This document shows positions 9,150-19,866 of a stretch of 64,000 nt of DNA, one piece after another (the first letter of the stretch is position 1; the number at the start of each line of letters is the position of its first letter). This DNA comes from an uncultured Bacteroidota bacterium (lineage in GTDB: Bacteria; Bacteroidota; Ignavibacteria; Kryptoniales; JAKASW01): NCBI GenBank assembly GCA_963714955.1, contig CAVQQJ010000007.1:37917-101916 (forward strand), in the 5' to 3' direction. Made by a program: the position numbers and the translations under genes. The notes under the pieces are model-generated. The model worked only from the letters and a program-made list of their open reading frames with translations. It did not search any database and was not told the DNA's origin.

Positions 9150-11806
9150 ATGTCAACCCCGCTCATGAAGCAATACTCCGAGGTAAAGGCGAAGTATCCC
9201 GGCACCATACTTCTCTTTCGCATGGGGGATTTTTTTGAAACATTCGATGAGGACGCAAAAGTTACCTCACGCGTTCTCGGCATCACCCTCACGCGGCGCG
9301 GCAACGGCGCGGCGGGAGAAACACCTCTTGCCGGATTTCCCCATCATGCGCTCGATACCTATCTGCCGAAGCTGCTGAAAGCCGGTCTTCGCGTTGCGAT
9401 ATGCGAACAGCTCGAAGACCCGAAGTTTGCCAAAGGAATTGTCAAGCGGGACGTCATCGAAGTCGTTTCGCCCGGAGTTGCATTTTCGGACAAAGTGCTT
9501 GACCAGAAACAGAACAATTATCTGGCGGCAATTGCCCTTCCCTCAGCCGTGGCAACCGGAGACGACATGATCGGATTTTCCTACGTCGATATTTCCACCG
9601 GCGAGTTTGCGACGACAGAGATTCCGTTCCGCGCTCTTGAACAGCAAATCAATTCCATTACTCCCTCTGAAATCATTGTCCAGAAAAGAGATAAGGATGC
9701 ACTGCGGCAGCTTTTGAGGTCGTGCTACAGCGGCCTTTTCACGACTATCGACGATTGGGTCTTTCATTTCGATTACGGCTACGAAACGCTCGTCCGTCAT
9801 TTTCACACCCAGTCGCTCAAAGGCTTTGGCGTCGATGCGATGTCGGTTGGCATCGCGGCGGCGGGATCCGTGATGCATTATCTCAACGAAACTCAGAAGA
9901 CAAACCTCGCTCATATTCAAAAAATCGTCCCTTACAATATTTCCGACATTATTGTTCTCGATCCTTCAACGAAACGGAATCTCGAAATCACCTCATCGTT
10001 CGGAGGGACATCCGACGGAACTCTTTTCTCGGTGCTTGACCGGACCTTGACGCCGATGGGCGGAAGGCTTCTAAAAAAATGGATCTCACATCCGTTGAAA
10101 AGGATCGATCAGATCCGATGGCGATCCGGCGGTGTGTCGACGTTCGTCCAAAATGATTCAACGCGGAAGAAAATATCTGCCGAACTCGCTGAGATCGGTG
10201 ACCTGGAGCGCCTCATCGCAAAGATCGCGACGGGCAGGGCAACGCCTCGCGACATGGTCGCGATGAAGCATATACTGCGCCGCATTCCAGTCCTGAAAAC
10301 TATTCTTCATGAGGAAACGACTCCGCCTTTTTCCGAGATTAATTCAGCCTTGCAGCCAATCGACTCGGTTGCCGATGCTATTGAACAAGCGATCTTCGAT
10401 GCTCCGCCGATGAATTTTGCCGACGGAGGTGTCATCAGGCGCGGATACAATACCGAACTGGACGAGCTGACGACACTGGCACATTCCGCGAAAGAGTGGG
10501 TCGCGAATATGCAGAAGAAAGAACGGGAGCGGACCGGAATTTCGTCGCTCAAAATCGGCTTCAATAATGTGTTCGGCTATTACATCGAGATCACTCACAC
10601 GCATAAAGACAAAGTCCCCGCCGATTACATCCGCAAGCAGACGATGACAAATGCCGAGCGATTCATCACCCCGGAGCTGAAAGAGTACGAAGAAAAAATC
10701 CTTCACGCAGAAGAAAAAATTCTCACGCTCGAAACGACGCTCTTCAATGAACTGCGAATGCTCGTCGCCTCGCACGCGGCAATCATCCAGCAAAATGCCC
10801 AACAGATTGCCGTGCTCGATTGCTTTGTGTCGCTCGCCCAGGTAGCCGTTGCAAACCAATACGTTTTGCCGGAAGTCAACGACTCGACGCAGTTGTCTAT
10901 CGAAAACGGTCGCCATCCGGTTATCGAAATACTTTTACCCGTTGGCGAAAAATATGTTTCGAACTCGGTGTCGATCGATACGAACGAAAATCAAATTCTG
11001 ATCATCACGGGGCCAAACATGAGCGGGAAATCTTCCTACCTGCGCCAGGTCGGTTTGATTGTGCTGCTCGCGCAGATCGGAAGTTTTGTCCCGGCGAAAA
11101 AAGCGGTGATCGGATTGGTCGATAATATCTTCACCCGCGTGGGCGCAAGCGACAATATTGCTTCCGGCGAGAGCACATTTCTCGTGGAGATGCACGAAGC
11201 AGCAAACATCGTGAACCGCGCGACGTCGCGAAGCCTGATTCTTCTGGACGAAGTCGGCCGCGGCACCAGCACATTCGACGGTATCAGCATCGCTTGGGCG
11301 TTGACAGAATATCTGCACGAACACATCGGGGCCCGGACGCTGTTCGCGACGCACTACCACGAACTCAATGAGCTGGCGGAGCTTTTCCCCCGCATCAAAA
11401 ACTACAAGGTGGATGTGCGGGATACGGCGATAAGGTTATTTTCCTTCATACCGTCACGCCCGGGACAGCCGACCATTCATACGGCATTCAGGTTGCGAAG
11501 ATGGCAGGTTTGCCGGAAGAACTCACGGAACGAGCAAAAAAAATACTCAATAATCTTGAAGATACGCAGCTACGTCCTCATGGTTCAGGAGATGGAGGAC
11601 ATCTTGAAGAAGTCCTTCATCTGCACGCCGGCGGCAGAAGGACAATCACCCCACATGCCGGCGACAAGATACAACTCACCATGTTCGAGATGAAAGATGA
11701 CGAACTGCGCGCCACACTCAACAAGCTGGACATCGATTCGTTGACACCGCTCGAAGCATTAAAACTGCTTGCAAAATTGAAAGCAAACCTTTCAAAGAAC
11801 GATTAA
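9150..11806 (+). pseudogene. mutS: DNA mismatch repair protein MutS, interrupted by a 1-nt deletion near 11421-11423
   Basis: Frame 0 reads a normal MutS (mismatch-binding N-terminus, Walker A GPNMSGKS) up to KNYKVDVR. The conserved C-terminus [46 protein letters not shown] continues in frame 2, through to the stop at 11806. The sequence cgg ga- tac is missing one base of a GAA codon. Confidence 0.9.
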
Positions 11807-11872
11807 GAAACTCTCACACCACGAGGACGAAATCGCAACGCCAAACTCAAGTGAATGTTCTTGACATACGAA

Positions 11873-11938
11873 GCCCCGTAGGGGGCAACATGTTTGTAGG
11901 GCAGGCAAGAACCGTTCAAAAAGCTCCGTCAGGAGCGA
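11873..11938. repeat. REP-like hairpin pair on the left flank of the RAYT gene
   Basis: CCCCGTAGGGGG and GCTCCGTCAGGAGC hairpins. AAGCTCCGTCAGGAGCGA (11921-11938) is the exact reverse complement of 12442-12459. Confidence 0.8.
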
Positions 11939-11957
11939 AATGTAAAAGGGGAACCAT

Positions 11958-12451
11958 GTGGCAAATACATATTCTCAAATCTATGTTCAAATGACTTTTG
12001 CTGTTCAGGGAAGGCAAAATCTTTTGCAACCCGAGCAAAAGGAAGAGATCCACAAATTTATCACGGGTATCGTTAGGAACAAGAACCAAAAACTCCTCCG
12101 AATCAACAGTGTCCGGGACCATGTTCATATCCTTTTTGAGCCTCAAACCCGACATCGCCCTTTCTGATCTGGTCCGAGATATCAAAGCGAATTCTTCTCG
12201 ATTCATCAACAAGAAGGGATGGCTGAAGGGAAGATTCAACTGGCAAGAAGGTTTTGGTGCTTTTTCATATTCCCACTCACAACTCGATCGAGTTATTAAC
12301 TCTATCAACCGGCAAGAAGAGCATCATCGAAAAACCACGTTCAAAGATGAGTACTCTTGCTTTGTTGGAAAAATTTCAAGTGAACTTTGATCCCAATTAT
12401 TTGTTTGATTGGATGGATAAGGAAACGACGATAGCTTCATCTCGCTCCTGA
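11958..12451 (+). pseudogene. REP-associated tyrosine transposase (RAYT, IS200/IS605 Y1 TnpA-like) with two frameshifts
   Basis: MANTYSQIYVQMTFAVQGRQ...DHVHILF (HUH motif) in frame 0. KPDIALSDLVRDIKANSSRFINKKGW...QEEHHRKTTFKDEY in frame 1. LALLEKFQVNFDPNYLFDW in frame 2. The shifts lie near 12133-12139 and 12350-12358. Confidence 0.85.
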
Positions 12452-12504
12452 CGGAGCTTGGCCCCCTGCAGAGTGATATTACAAACATCGGGCTCCTACG
12501 GAGC
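12442..12504. repeat. REP-like hairpin pair on the right flank of the RAYT gene, inverted relative to 11873-11938
   Basis: TCGCTCCTGACGGAGCTT is an exact inverted copy of the left flank. TTACAAACATCGGGCTCCTACGGAGC mirrors GCCCCGTAGGGGGCAACATGTTTGTA. Confidence 0.8.
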
Positions 12505-12687
12505 TATTAGACTCAAATTGTTAATGACAGCTTGAGATTTTTTGGACAATCTCAACATTGCAGCTCGGTGACAAAGACTTTTCAGAATTCTATTTTCTGA
12601 TTATTTGCACTGGCCTCTTATCCTTCCCTCTTGCAGTACAGAGAGAACCGCTTTATCACAAATCACTTAACAAGACAGGGATATATC

Positions 12688-13183
12688 ATGAACCTTAATG
12701 ACATCAACCTCCTTTACGAATTCAACTATTGGGCAAAAGGAAGAATGCTGGGAGCGGTTGACTCGCTTTCGGAAGAACTCCTCTACAACGATTTGAAAAC
12801 GAGCTTTGGAACCCTTCATGGCACGCTTGTCCACATTTGCGCCGCGGAAGATGTCTGGCTGCACAGGCTCACCGGAACGGCCAGTCCAAAATTCCTTACG
12901 GTAGCCGACTTGCCGACATTACAGTGCCGTCAAGGCAAAATGGCAGGAGGTAGAGAAAGGCATGCTTACCTACGTTCATTCCCTCACCGAAGAACAGCTT
13001 TCGCAGACATTTACATTCTTAAACATCAAAGGCGAACCGGTGAGTAATGTGTTGTGGCAGGCGCTCCAACATCTCGTCAACCATGGCACGTACCACCGCG
13101 GACAAATCACCTCGATGATTCGGCAGCTCGGCGGCACACCCGCGAACACCGACCTTATCGGATTCTACCGGCAAAAAAAGTGA
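12688..13183 (+). pseudogene. DinB-family (DinB_2/DUF664-like) protein with one frameshift near 12922-12926
   Basis: The N-terminal part MNLNDINLLYEFNYWAKGRML...FLTVADLPTLQ is in frame 1. AVKAKWQEVEKGMLTYVHSLTEEQL...HLVNHGTYHRGQITSMIRQLG continues in frame 2. Confidence 0.75.
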
Positions 13184-13196
13184 CGAAATGTAAAAA

Positions 13197-13236
13197 CAAA
13201 AAATCCCGTCCAGCATTGCTCGACGGGATTTTTTTG
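13197..13236. terminator. Bidirectional rho-independent terminator between the convergent dinB-family and clpC genes
   Basis: AAAAATCCCGTC, a 12-nt loop, then GACGGGATTTTTTT. Confidence 0.75.
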
Positions 13237-13253
13237 CAACAGATTATCGCTTG

Positions 13254-15758
13254 TTACGCTACGTCAGCTTTCTTCTCTTCTTCTTTCTTGGGCTCTTCCT
13301 TTTTGCGGTTCTTGTTCGCATCGACAAACTTCAACTGTTCCGTTTTCTTGTTGAATTTCACCTTAATCTTGCTGCCATCGCTGAATTTTCCTTTCAGAAT
13401 TTCCTCCGAGACGGGGTCTTCCACGTACTTCTGGAGTGCACGGCGGAGCGGGCGCGCCCCGAATGCCGGGTCGAAGCCCTTTTCGGCAAGAAATTCTTTC
13501 GCCGGTTTGTTAAGTTCGATCGTGATATTCATCGAGCTCATCCGCTTGAACAAATCCTTCGTCGCGATGTCGATGATCTGCATGATGTGCGATTTTTCCA
13601 GCGCATGAAAGACAATCGTATCGTCAACGCGGTTGAGGAATTCCGGGTTGAAGACCCGCTTCAACGCCTCCTCGATCACGTTCTTCATCGCCTTGTATTT
13701 ATCCTGAATGGTATTATCGCCGAAACCAAAACCGCCGCTCGACTTAATATCGCGCGCGCCGATATTCGATGTCATGATCAGGATCGTGTTCTTAAAATCA
13801 ACCCGCCGGCCCAGACTGTCGGTCAGGATCCCGTCATCGAGCACCTGGAGCAAAATGTTGAAGACGTCGGGATGTGCTTTTTCGATCTCGTCGAGCAGCA
13901 CGACAGCGTACGGTTTGCGGCGGACTTTTTCTGTTAACTGTCCCCCTTCTTCGTAGCCGACATATCCGGGGGGTGCGCCGACAAGCCGCGACACGGAAAA
14001 TTTCTCCATGTACTCGCTCATGTCAATGCGAATCAACGCATCTTCCGAATCGAAGAGGTAGCGTGCAAGCGCTTTCGCCATCTCCGTTTTGCCGACACCG
14101 GTCGGTCCGAGGAAGATGAATGATCCGATCGGCCGCCGTGGATCTTTGAGCCCGGCACGTGTCCGGCGGATCGCTTTCGTCAGCTGTGTCAACGCTTCAT
14201 CCTGACCGATGATCTGTGTGCGAAGCACGGTATCCATCTTGAGAAGCTTTTGGGATTCGGATTCGGCAATTTTGTTGACGGGAATGCCGGTCATCATCGC
14301 AACGACGTCGGAGACACTCTCTTCGCTCACCTGGTACACCGTGTCCTGCGCTTTCAATTCCCATTCTCGTTTGGCAATTTCCAGATCGCTCAATAATTTC
14401 TTTTCCAGGTCGCGGAGCCGCGCGGCTTCTTCGAAGTTCTGATTCTTCACCACCTGATTCTTCGACTGCTTGATCTTCTCGATCTCTTCTTCAAGATGGA
14501 GAATTTCTTTCGGCACGACGATGTTCGCGAGATGCACCCGGGCGCCGGCTTCGTCCATCACGTCGATCGCTTTATCGGGAAGGTTTCTGTCAGTAATGTA
14601 GCGGTCGCTCAATCGGACGGCAGAGACGATTGCCTCGTCGGAATAGTGTACGCCGTGATGCTCTTCATATTTATGTTTGATGTTCTTCAGAATCTGGATC
14701 GTTTCATCAACTGTCGTCGGGTCAACCATGATCTTCTGGAACCGCCGGTCGAGTGCACCGTCCTTCTCAATGTACTGGCGGTATTCGTCCAGCGTCGTCG
14801 CGCCGATGCATTGCAGTTCTCCGCGTGAGAGAGCAGGTTTGAACATGTTCGAAGCATCGAGAGAGCCTGAAGCGCCGCCCGCGCCGACAATCGTATGAAG
14901 CTCGTCGATGAACAAAATGACGTCCTTCGCTTTTTCAAGCTCGTTCATCACCGCTTTCATTCTTTCTTCAAACTGGCCTCGGTATTTCGTTCCGGCAACA
15001 AGAGCGGCAAGGTCGAGCGTGACAACGCGTTTGTCGTGGAGAACGCGCGAAACTTTTTTCTGAACAATGCGATTTGCCAGGCCTTCGGCGATCGCGGTTT
15101 TACCGACACCCGGTTCTCCGATCAACACAGGATTGTTTTTCTTGCGGCGGCTCAACACCTGAGCCACCCGTTCGATTTCTTTTTCGCGCCCTACAACAGG
15201 GTCGAGTTTACCTTCGACAGCCAATTTCGTAAGGTCCCGGCCAAAATTATCGAGCACCGGTGTTTTTGATTTATCCTGCTTCTTTTCCGCGGCCTGATGA
15301 GCCTGCGGCGGCGCCGAGGGCTTGCCGCTGATAATATTATCGAGTTCATTGCGCACGACGTCGTAATGGACGTTAAACTGATGCATGATCTGCGCTGCGA
15401 TATTATCGTCATCGCGCAGGAGCGATAAGAGGAGGTGTTCCGTCCCGATCACGTCGGATTTATAGAGCTTTGCTTCGAGGTAGGTGATCTTGAGAACCTT
15501 CTCAGCTTGTTTTGTGAGCGGAATATTTCCGATGGTCAGCGTCCCGCCCGACGTCCGCACGGTATCTTCGATCGCTTTTTTCAGCTTATAGAGATCACAC
15601 CCGAGGTTGCGGAGAATCTTCACCGCAATGCCTTCTCCTTCACGGATTATTCCAAGCAATAAATGTTCTGTGCCGATATAATCGTGACCAAGGCGGAGAG
15701 CTTCTTCGCGGCTTAATCGGATGACATCCTGTACTCGATTGGAGAAATTTCCTTCCAT
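13254..15758 (-). CDS. clpC: ATP-dependent Clp protease ATP-binding subunit ClpC (class I AAA+)
   Basis: 834 aa. Two Clp_N repeats. Walker A motifs GEPGVGKT and [11 protein letters not shown]-like linker. Confidence 0.92.
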   Translation of the reverse strand: MEGNFSNRVQDVIRLSREEALRLGHDYIGTEHLLLGIIREGEGIAVKILRNLGCDLYKLKKAIEDTVRTSGGTLTIGNIPLTKQAEKVLKITYLEAKLYKSDVIGTEHLLLSLLRDDDNIAAQIMHQFNVHYDVVRNELDNIISGKPSAPPQAHQAAEKKQDKSKTPVLDNFGRDLTKLAVEGKLDPVVGREKEIERVAQVLSRRKKNNPVLIGEPGVGKTAIAEGLANRIVQKKVSRVLHDKRVVTLDLAALVAGTKYRGQFEERMKAVMNELEKAKDVILFIDELHTIVGAGGASGSLDASNMFKPALSRGELQCIGATTLDEYRQYIEKDGALDRRFQKIMVDPTTVDETIQILKNIKHKYEEHHGVHYSDEAIVSAVRLSDRYITDRNLPDKAIDVMDEAGARVHLANIVVPKEILHLEEEIEKIKQSKNQVVKNQNFEEAARLRDLEKKLLSDLEIAKREWELKAQDTVYQVSEESVSDVVAMMTGIPVNKIAESESQKLLKMDTVLRTQIIGQDEALTQLTKAIRRTRAGLKDPRRPIGSFIFLGPTGVGKTEMAKALARYLFDSEDALIRIDMSEYMEKFSVSRLVGAPPGYVGYEEGGQLTEKVRRKPYAVVLLDEIEKAHPDVFNILLQVLDDGILTDSLGRRVDFKNTILIMTSNIGARDIKSSGGFGFGDNTIQDKYKAMKNVIEEALKRVFNPEFLNRVDDTIVFHALEKSHIMQIIDIATKDLFKRMSSMNITIELNKPAKEFLAEKGFDPAFGARPLRRALQKYVEDPVSEEILKGKFSDGSKIKVKFNKKTEQLKFVDANKNRKKEEPKKEEEKKADVA

Positions 15759-15992
15759 TTACTTTCCTTTAGGTTTTTTTGTAGTCACTCTTCATATATA
15801 TATTAAACACGCTTCTCTATGAAGAGGTTTCATCGGCAATCCCCTGTAGTTAATATAAATAAAAATAGGAGGGGTGTCAAGAAATCGAAATTTAGGAGAA
15901 AGATTCCGCGATTTCATCGCTAAAAGGCCAATTGTGCCTTGACTTTTCACATCGTTTTGGATATATTTTTGGAGTCGAAATTCCGATACCAT

Positions 15993-16067
15993 TCCGCGAT
16001 AGCTCAATGGTAGAGCATGCGGCTGTTAACCGCAGGGTTGTAGGTTCGAGCCCTACTCGCGGAGCCA
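15993..16067 (+). tRNA. tRNA-Asn (anticodon GTT) with encoded CCA
   Basis: Manual cloverleaf. Acceptor stem TCCGCGA/TCGCGGA. D arm GCTC-AATGGTA-GAGC. Anticodon arm TGCGG-CTGTTAA-CCGCA. T arm GTAGG-TTCGAGC-CCTAC. Discriminator G, then CCA. Confidence 0.93.
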
Positions 16068-16070
16068 AGC

Positions 16071-16108
16071 AGGACAGGTGATTAGTAGTAATAGCCTGTC
16101 CTGTTTTT
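16071..16108 (+). terminator. Rho-independent terminator after tRNA-Asn
   Basis: AGGACAGG, a 16-nt loop, CCTGTCCT, then GTTTTT. Confidence 0.7.
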
Positions 16109-16109
16109 A

Positions 16110-16560
16110 TTTCTTCAAATCCCGCCTGAAAGTTCCATGGAAGATCGACTACCTCGTTCAATTTCGTGGTTCGATATTTTTTCTCTTCGTAAACCAATCT
16201 CTGCGGAAATATTGAACCAAGAATCTTTCCCTTCAACTCTGGTATAGCATTGTCAAAAGCTGCGTCCAGGTTTGCGACAATAGAAACGCCGAATTCTTGA
16301 TACTCCATGAAATTGTCCCCCGCCTTAATAAGGTCTTCTTTTTTGAGTGAGAGTTCCGTTTTTCTTTGCGAAAGACTGTCTTTGAGTCTTTTGTATGAGC
16401 CTTCTTCCATTTTCTTCTGAACGTAGTAGGTATTGTCGATTTCAAAAAGGGCTTTCTCTATTGAGGTCAGTTCTTCATCAATCTTTTCAAGATTCTTTTT
16501 CTTGTCTCCCTCTTTTTCTCGGAAGATGTCTTCCAGTATCTCAAGATAAAGCCTCATAAT
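16110..16560 (-). pseudogene. C-terminal remnant of a serine recombinase (coiled-coil/recombinase tail). The catalytic N-terminal domain is missing.
   Basis: RLYLEILEDIFREKEG...SIEKALFEIDNTYYVQKKMEEGSYKRLKDSL...ILGSIFPQRLVYEEKKYRTTKLNEVVDL resembles the tail of Bacteroidota-type serine recombinases. The 261-aa track ORF (15892-16677) is a chimera that reads through the terminator and the tRNA antisense strand. Confidence 0.55.
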
Positions 16561-16566
16561 TTCAGG

Positions 16567-17773
16567 GTGGCAACGCAGGGCTACGGATCCGTTCAACGAT
16601 CCTCCGAGACCGACATCGCGAACATGGAAGATTTCCTGACCGGCGGGTATCAGTTTCGACATAACGGTGTCACTCAAAGAACCGAAATCACCAAGGCTTC
16701 AGAGGAAGACTATCGGGTGATCGACGACTTCACGATTAACTCTTTATTCAGGCAGCTTCGGTACAATGGACTGCCCATCAACATCGAAGCACTCCATCAT
16801 ATTGTGGAATCCGACTTCGCCGAAATCTATGATCCGTTCAATGAGTATTTCGATGGATTGAGTGAGTGGGATGGTAACGAGGACTACATTGCGAATCTCG
16901 CGTCGACGCTGACTTTGCGACATCCCGAAGAGCGTGAGACGTTTCTCGATTGCCTGAAACGTTGGTTGGTCGGTCAGGTCGCTTGCGCCATCGGCGATGG
17001 CGTGAACCAGACGGCCATCATACTGGTCGGACCTCAGGGAATCGGAAAGAGTACTTGGCTCAATCGACTGATTCCTCCAGCACTCAATTCTTACAGGTTT
17101 GTTGGGACCATTTATCCGGATAATAAAGACACGTTGTTCTGTCTCTCTGAAAAAATGTTGATTAACTTGGATGAACTGGAGACCTTGAATAAAGGCGAAA
17201 TAGGATCGTTAAAAACGATTATGACGTTGGATAACGTAAACGTTCGACCGCCGTATGGTAGGTATTCGGCCAACTTGAAGCGGCGAGCCTCATTCGTCGG
17301 TTCCATCAACAACACGGACTTTCTTAACGATGCAACAGGTTCACGGAGATTTTTGGTGTCTGAAGTGGATGCTTTTGATTTGAATGCCACGGTTGATATG
17401 GATAAGGTTTACTCGCAAGCAAATGCTTTGCTAGAAGATGGGTATCGGTGGTGGTTCGATCAGGCGGAAATTGAGAAGATCAATGAAAGCAATAAACGCT
17501 ATCTGCGGCGGACGCACGAGCACGAACTGTTGAACCAATATTTCAAACACGGAGTTGAACAGGAAGTGCAGCAGCGAATGGTTGAACGCAAGCGATGTAG
17601 CTCGCAAGTTGTTGGATGTGCATCGAAGCTTTCACATTGATGACAAATCCGTTCGAAACCTTGGCATTGCATTGACTGCTGAAGGTTATCCGAGTAAAAA
17701 TTCAAATGGGTCGAAAAAGTACTTCGTCATGGTGGATCCCATGATTGCGAGATCTCGGGGGCTGCTTCAGTAG
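16567..17773 (+). pseudogene. VapE/VirE-family P-loop NTPase (mobile-element primase/helicase-associated), frameshifted near 17555-17580
   Basis: Walker A GPQGIGKS, Walker B LINLDELE, RRFLVSEV. The expected C-terminal wHTH-like tail (SEWLNASDVARKLL...NLGIALTAEGYPSKNSNGSKKYFVM) continues in another frame, to 17773. Confidence 0.7.
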
Positions 17774-18098
17774 GGGTCAGTAGGTGTTGGGTGGGGGTGA
17801 TACTTCGTCAACCCCTACCCGATTTTTCTTCGTTTTTCGTACGGAACAGGCAGTTTTTATGGAGAGTAGGGGTTGTAGGAGTGAATATGGATACATTTAA
17901 TAAAGTATTATCAGCAGGGTAGAGAGAGGGAGGAATAAGGCCACCGCTGCATTACTCGCTAGCTACTTTACAGAAGTGCCTTTCGACCCCTACCACCCCT
18001 ACTGCCCTACCCGAACCAGGTTCACGTTCAACAAAGCCAAATTCTGGATCGCGAGCTATGGTCAGCCCTTATTGGCGCCAGTGCGAGTAGGTCCCTAC
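17770..18098. repeat. Iteron-like repeat field: GTAGGGG-type motifs on the left, an AT-rich centre, CCCCTAC-type motifs on the right
   Basis: GTAGGGG or GTAGGnG at 17770, 17780, 17866 and 17875. CCCCTAC or CCCTAC at 17812, 17987, 17997, 18005 and 18093. AT-rich core 17881-17915. Confidence 0.6.
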
Positions 18099-18213
18099 TG
18101 CTACTGCTGCCCCCTAATGCATAGTCCCTCATCGATTTTCGGATCCTTCACGCGTCCAATGACGATGAAAGTTTCGGTTAGAGTTACTACAATATGGTAA
18201 CAGGAGTAACTAT

Positions 18214-18450
18214 ATGAAACGACCAGCATTAATGAAGCAGCAGCTCGACACTATGAGCTTCATCGAAAACTATTTCAAAGAACACGAGTGCGCCCCCAGC
18301 CAGGCGGAGGTCGCCAAGGAATGTAAAGTCCGCCAGGAGAACTTCGGAAAGATCCTTGCAGCATTGGAGAAGAAAAATTACATCAACTTGAAGTACGGCG
18401 AGGCAAGAGGAATTGAATTGGTGGTGTGGAGTGACGAGGGAGATAAGTAG
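18214..18450 (+). CDS. Small winged-helix DNA-binding protein resembling the LexA N-terminal domain, without a peptidase domain
   Basis: 78 aa. PSQAEVAKECKV...ILAALEKKNYINLKYGEARGIEL. Confidence 0.6.
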   Translation: MKRPALMKQQLDTMSFIENYFKEHECAPSQAEVAKECKVRQENFGKILAALEKKNYINLKYGEARGIELVVWSDEGDK

Positions 18451-18728
18451 TATTTCAATCGTGAACTAAGAAAATCGGGAATGAATACTGCGTAAGTGTA
18501 AGCAGATTCTTCTATTCGGGCTGCAGCTGTTGCGAGTGCATCGACAATACGTAAATACATGGTTGCCTTTTCTGTGGTTTCATTCTTATGTCAGAAAAGG
18601 CAATAAAAAAGCTCAGCGGGGAGTCTGAGCTTGGATACAATTACGAATTAATCTAAGATCATTTCAAAAGCAATATCTTCTTCGTATCGAGGAAATGTTT
18701 GGTAGGATTAGCCACAAGAGGATATTTT

Positions 18729-19232
18729 TTACTGTTGTTTAACCTGATTCTCGTAAATGCCCGTGATGAGAAGCCACGCGCCTGAAATGAGGAAGCCAAA
18801 GGTGAGCACCAAAGCTACGGAGGCTACGTAAAGTCCGGCAACATCTCCTGATATAAGTAGGACAGAACCTATTATCTGAACTACATAACAAGATGTGCCC
18901 GCGATAAAGCGACCGGTGCTGAGCCCCACAGAACTCCTGCCCATCTTTTTGGCCTGGATGTATTTTCGTATGTAAGTAATCACCGCAAAGAGCGAAAAAA
19001 ATAACCATTCGATGCCGATCCATTGATAGCTTTGATTTGCAATGAGGGCGAATGCACAGATCATGAAGACGGCAGCGAAGCCTGTCAACGTTGCTACGGC
19101 GCGATTTTTATGGGTTGCATCCTGAGCGGTGATCGAAAGATTGATCGACATGGCTACAAACACCAAGCCCGTGAGAGCTGCCGCTCCGCCTCCCACCATA
19201 ACGAAGAAATCATACCATTGGTTGATACCCAT
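18729..19232 (-). CDS. Hypothetical integral membrane protein (about 5 TM helices)
   Basis: 167 aa, strongly hydrophobic. No recognisable family. Confidence 0.6.
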   Translation of the reverse strand: MGINQWYDFFVMVGGGAAALTGLVFVAMSINLSITAQDATHKNRAVATLTGFAAVFMICAFALIANQSYQWIGIEWLFFSLFAVITYIRKYIQAKKMGRSSVGLSTGRFIAGTSCYVVQIIGSVLLISGDVAGLYVASVALVLTFGFLISGAWLLITGIYENQVKQQ

Positions 19233-19310
19233 TACGCTTTATGATTCTAAAAAGAAAATAAATTCGCTACGTTCTTTGTTCAGGGAGCAAAAACGCCACT
19301 TGAGCGATTG

Positions 19311-19345
19311 GTTAGGCCGCAGTTCACAGCCGTGACTAACGAGCC
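19311..19345 (-). repeat. attC-like core pair just downstream of the VOC stop codon
   Basis: Plus strand reads GTTAGGC, 18 nt, then CTAACGAGCC. On the gene-sense strand this is GGCTCGTTAG followed by GCCTAACC. Confidence 0.45.
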
Positions 19346-19348
19346 TGC

Positions 19349-19735
19349 TTATTGGCCTTGAGGCGGCTCCCATAGCTCGACCTTGTTTCCCTCTGGATCA
19401 ATGACCCAGGCAAACTTCCCATACTCGGATTCGTCAATCTTCTTGAGCACATTGCAGCCTTCTTCCTTCAAGGCTTTGACCAAGGCGTGGAGGTCGTCCA
19501 CTCGGTAGTTGACCATGAACGGAGCAGAGCTCGGAGCAAAGTGATTACTTTCTTCCGGATCGATTAACCAGGCGGTTGTGCCTGTGACCGGCTTACCCTC
19601 AGCGTCGGTCCAATCGAAGGAAGCTCCGCCCCAGACTTGGACATCGATTCCCAAGTGCCGCTTGTACCAAGCCTGCAATGATGGAGCGTCTTTGGCCTTG
19701 AAGAAGATGCCGCCGATGCCAGTGACTCGTTTCAT
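19349..19735 (-). CDS. VOC-family (glyoxalase/bleomycin-resistance fold) protein
   Basis: 128 aa. GIGGIFFKAKD...FMVNYRVDDL...KFAWVIDPEGNKVELWEP. Confidence 0.85.
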   Translation of the reverse strand: MKRVTGIGGIFFKAKDAPSLQAWYKRHLGIDVQVWGGASFDWTDAEGKPVTGTTAWLIDPEESNHFAPSSAPFMVNYRVDDLHALVKALKEEGCNVLKKIDESEYGKFAWVIDPEGNKVELWEPPQGQ

Positions 19736-19794
19736 ATGACCTCCTATGTGTGGTGGTGGTGAGTGGAATGTTTCTTCTGCGGCTTAAGGGGACA

Positions 19795-19866
19795 GCTAAG
19801 CCTCGCCGACGAAAAGCCGCCGCCATGTAGTTAGTTGCGCGGACGTTCCAAGATACTTTCCTCATG
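19795..19866 (-). repeat. attC-like intergenic repeat (degenerate copy)
   Basis: GCTAAGCCTCGCC...GCCGCCGCCATG...GCGCGGAC...CTTTCCTCATG parallels the blocks of the 27483-27564 copy. Confidence 0.4.

Noticed and set aside
15892-16677. 261-aa minus-strand ORF from the track
   Set aside because: It is a chimera. Its C-terminal third is the antisense translation of tRNA-Asn and its terminator, and its first ~40 codons overlap the plus-strand VapE-like ORF (16567-17640). Only the middle part (about 16110-16560) looks like a real recombinase fragment.
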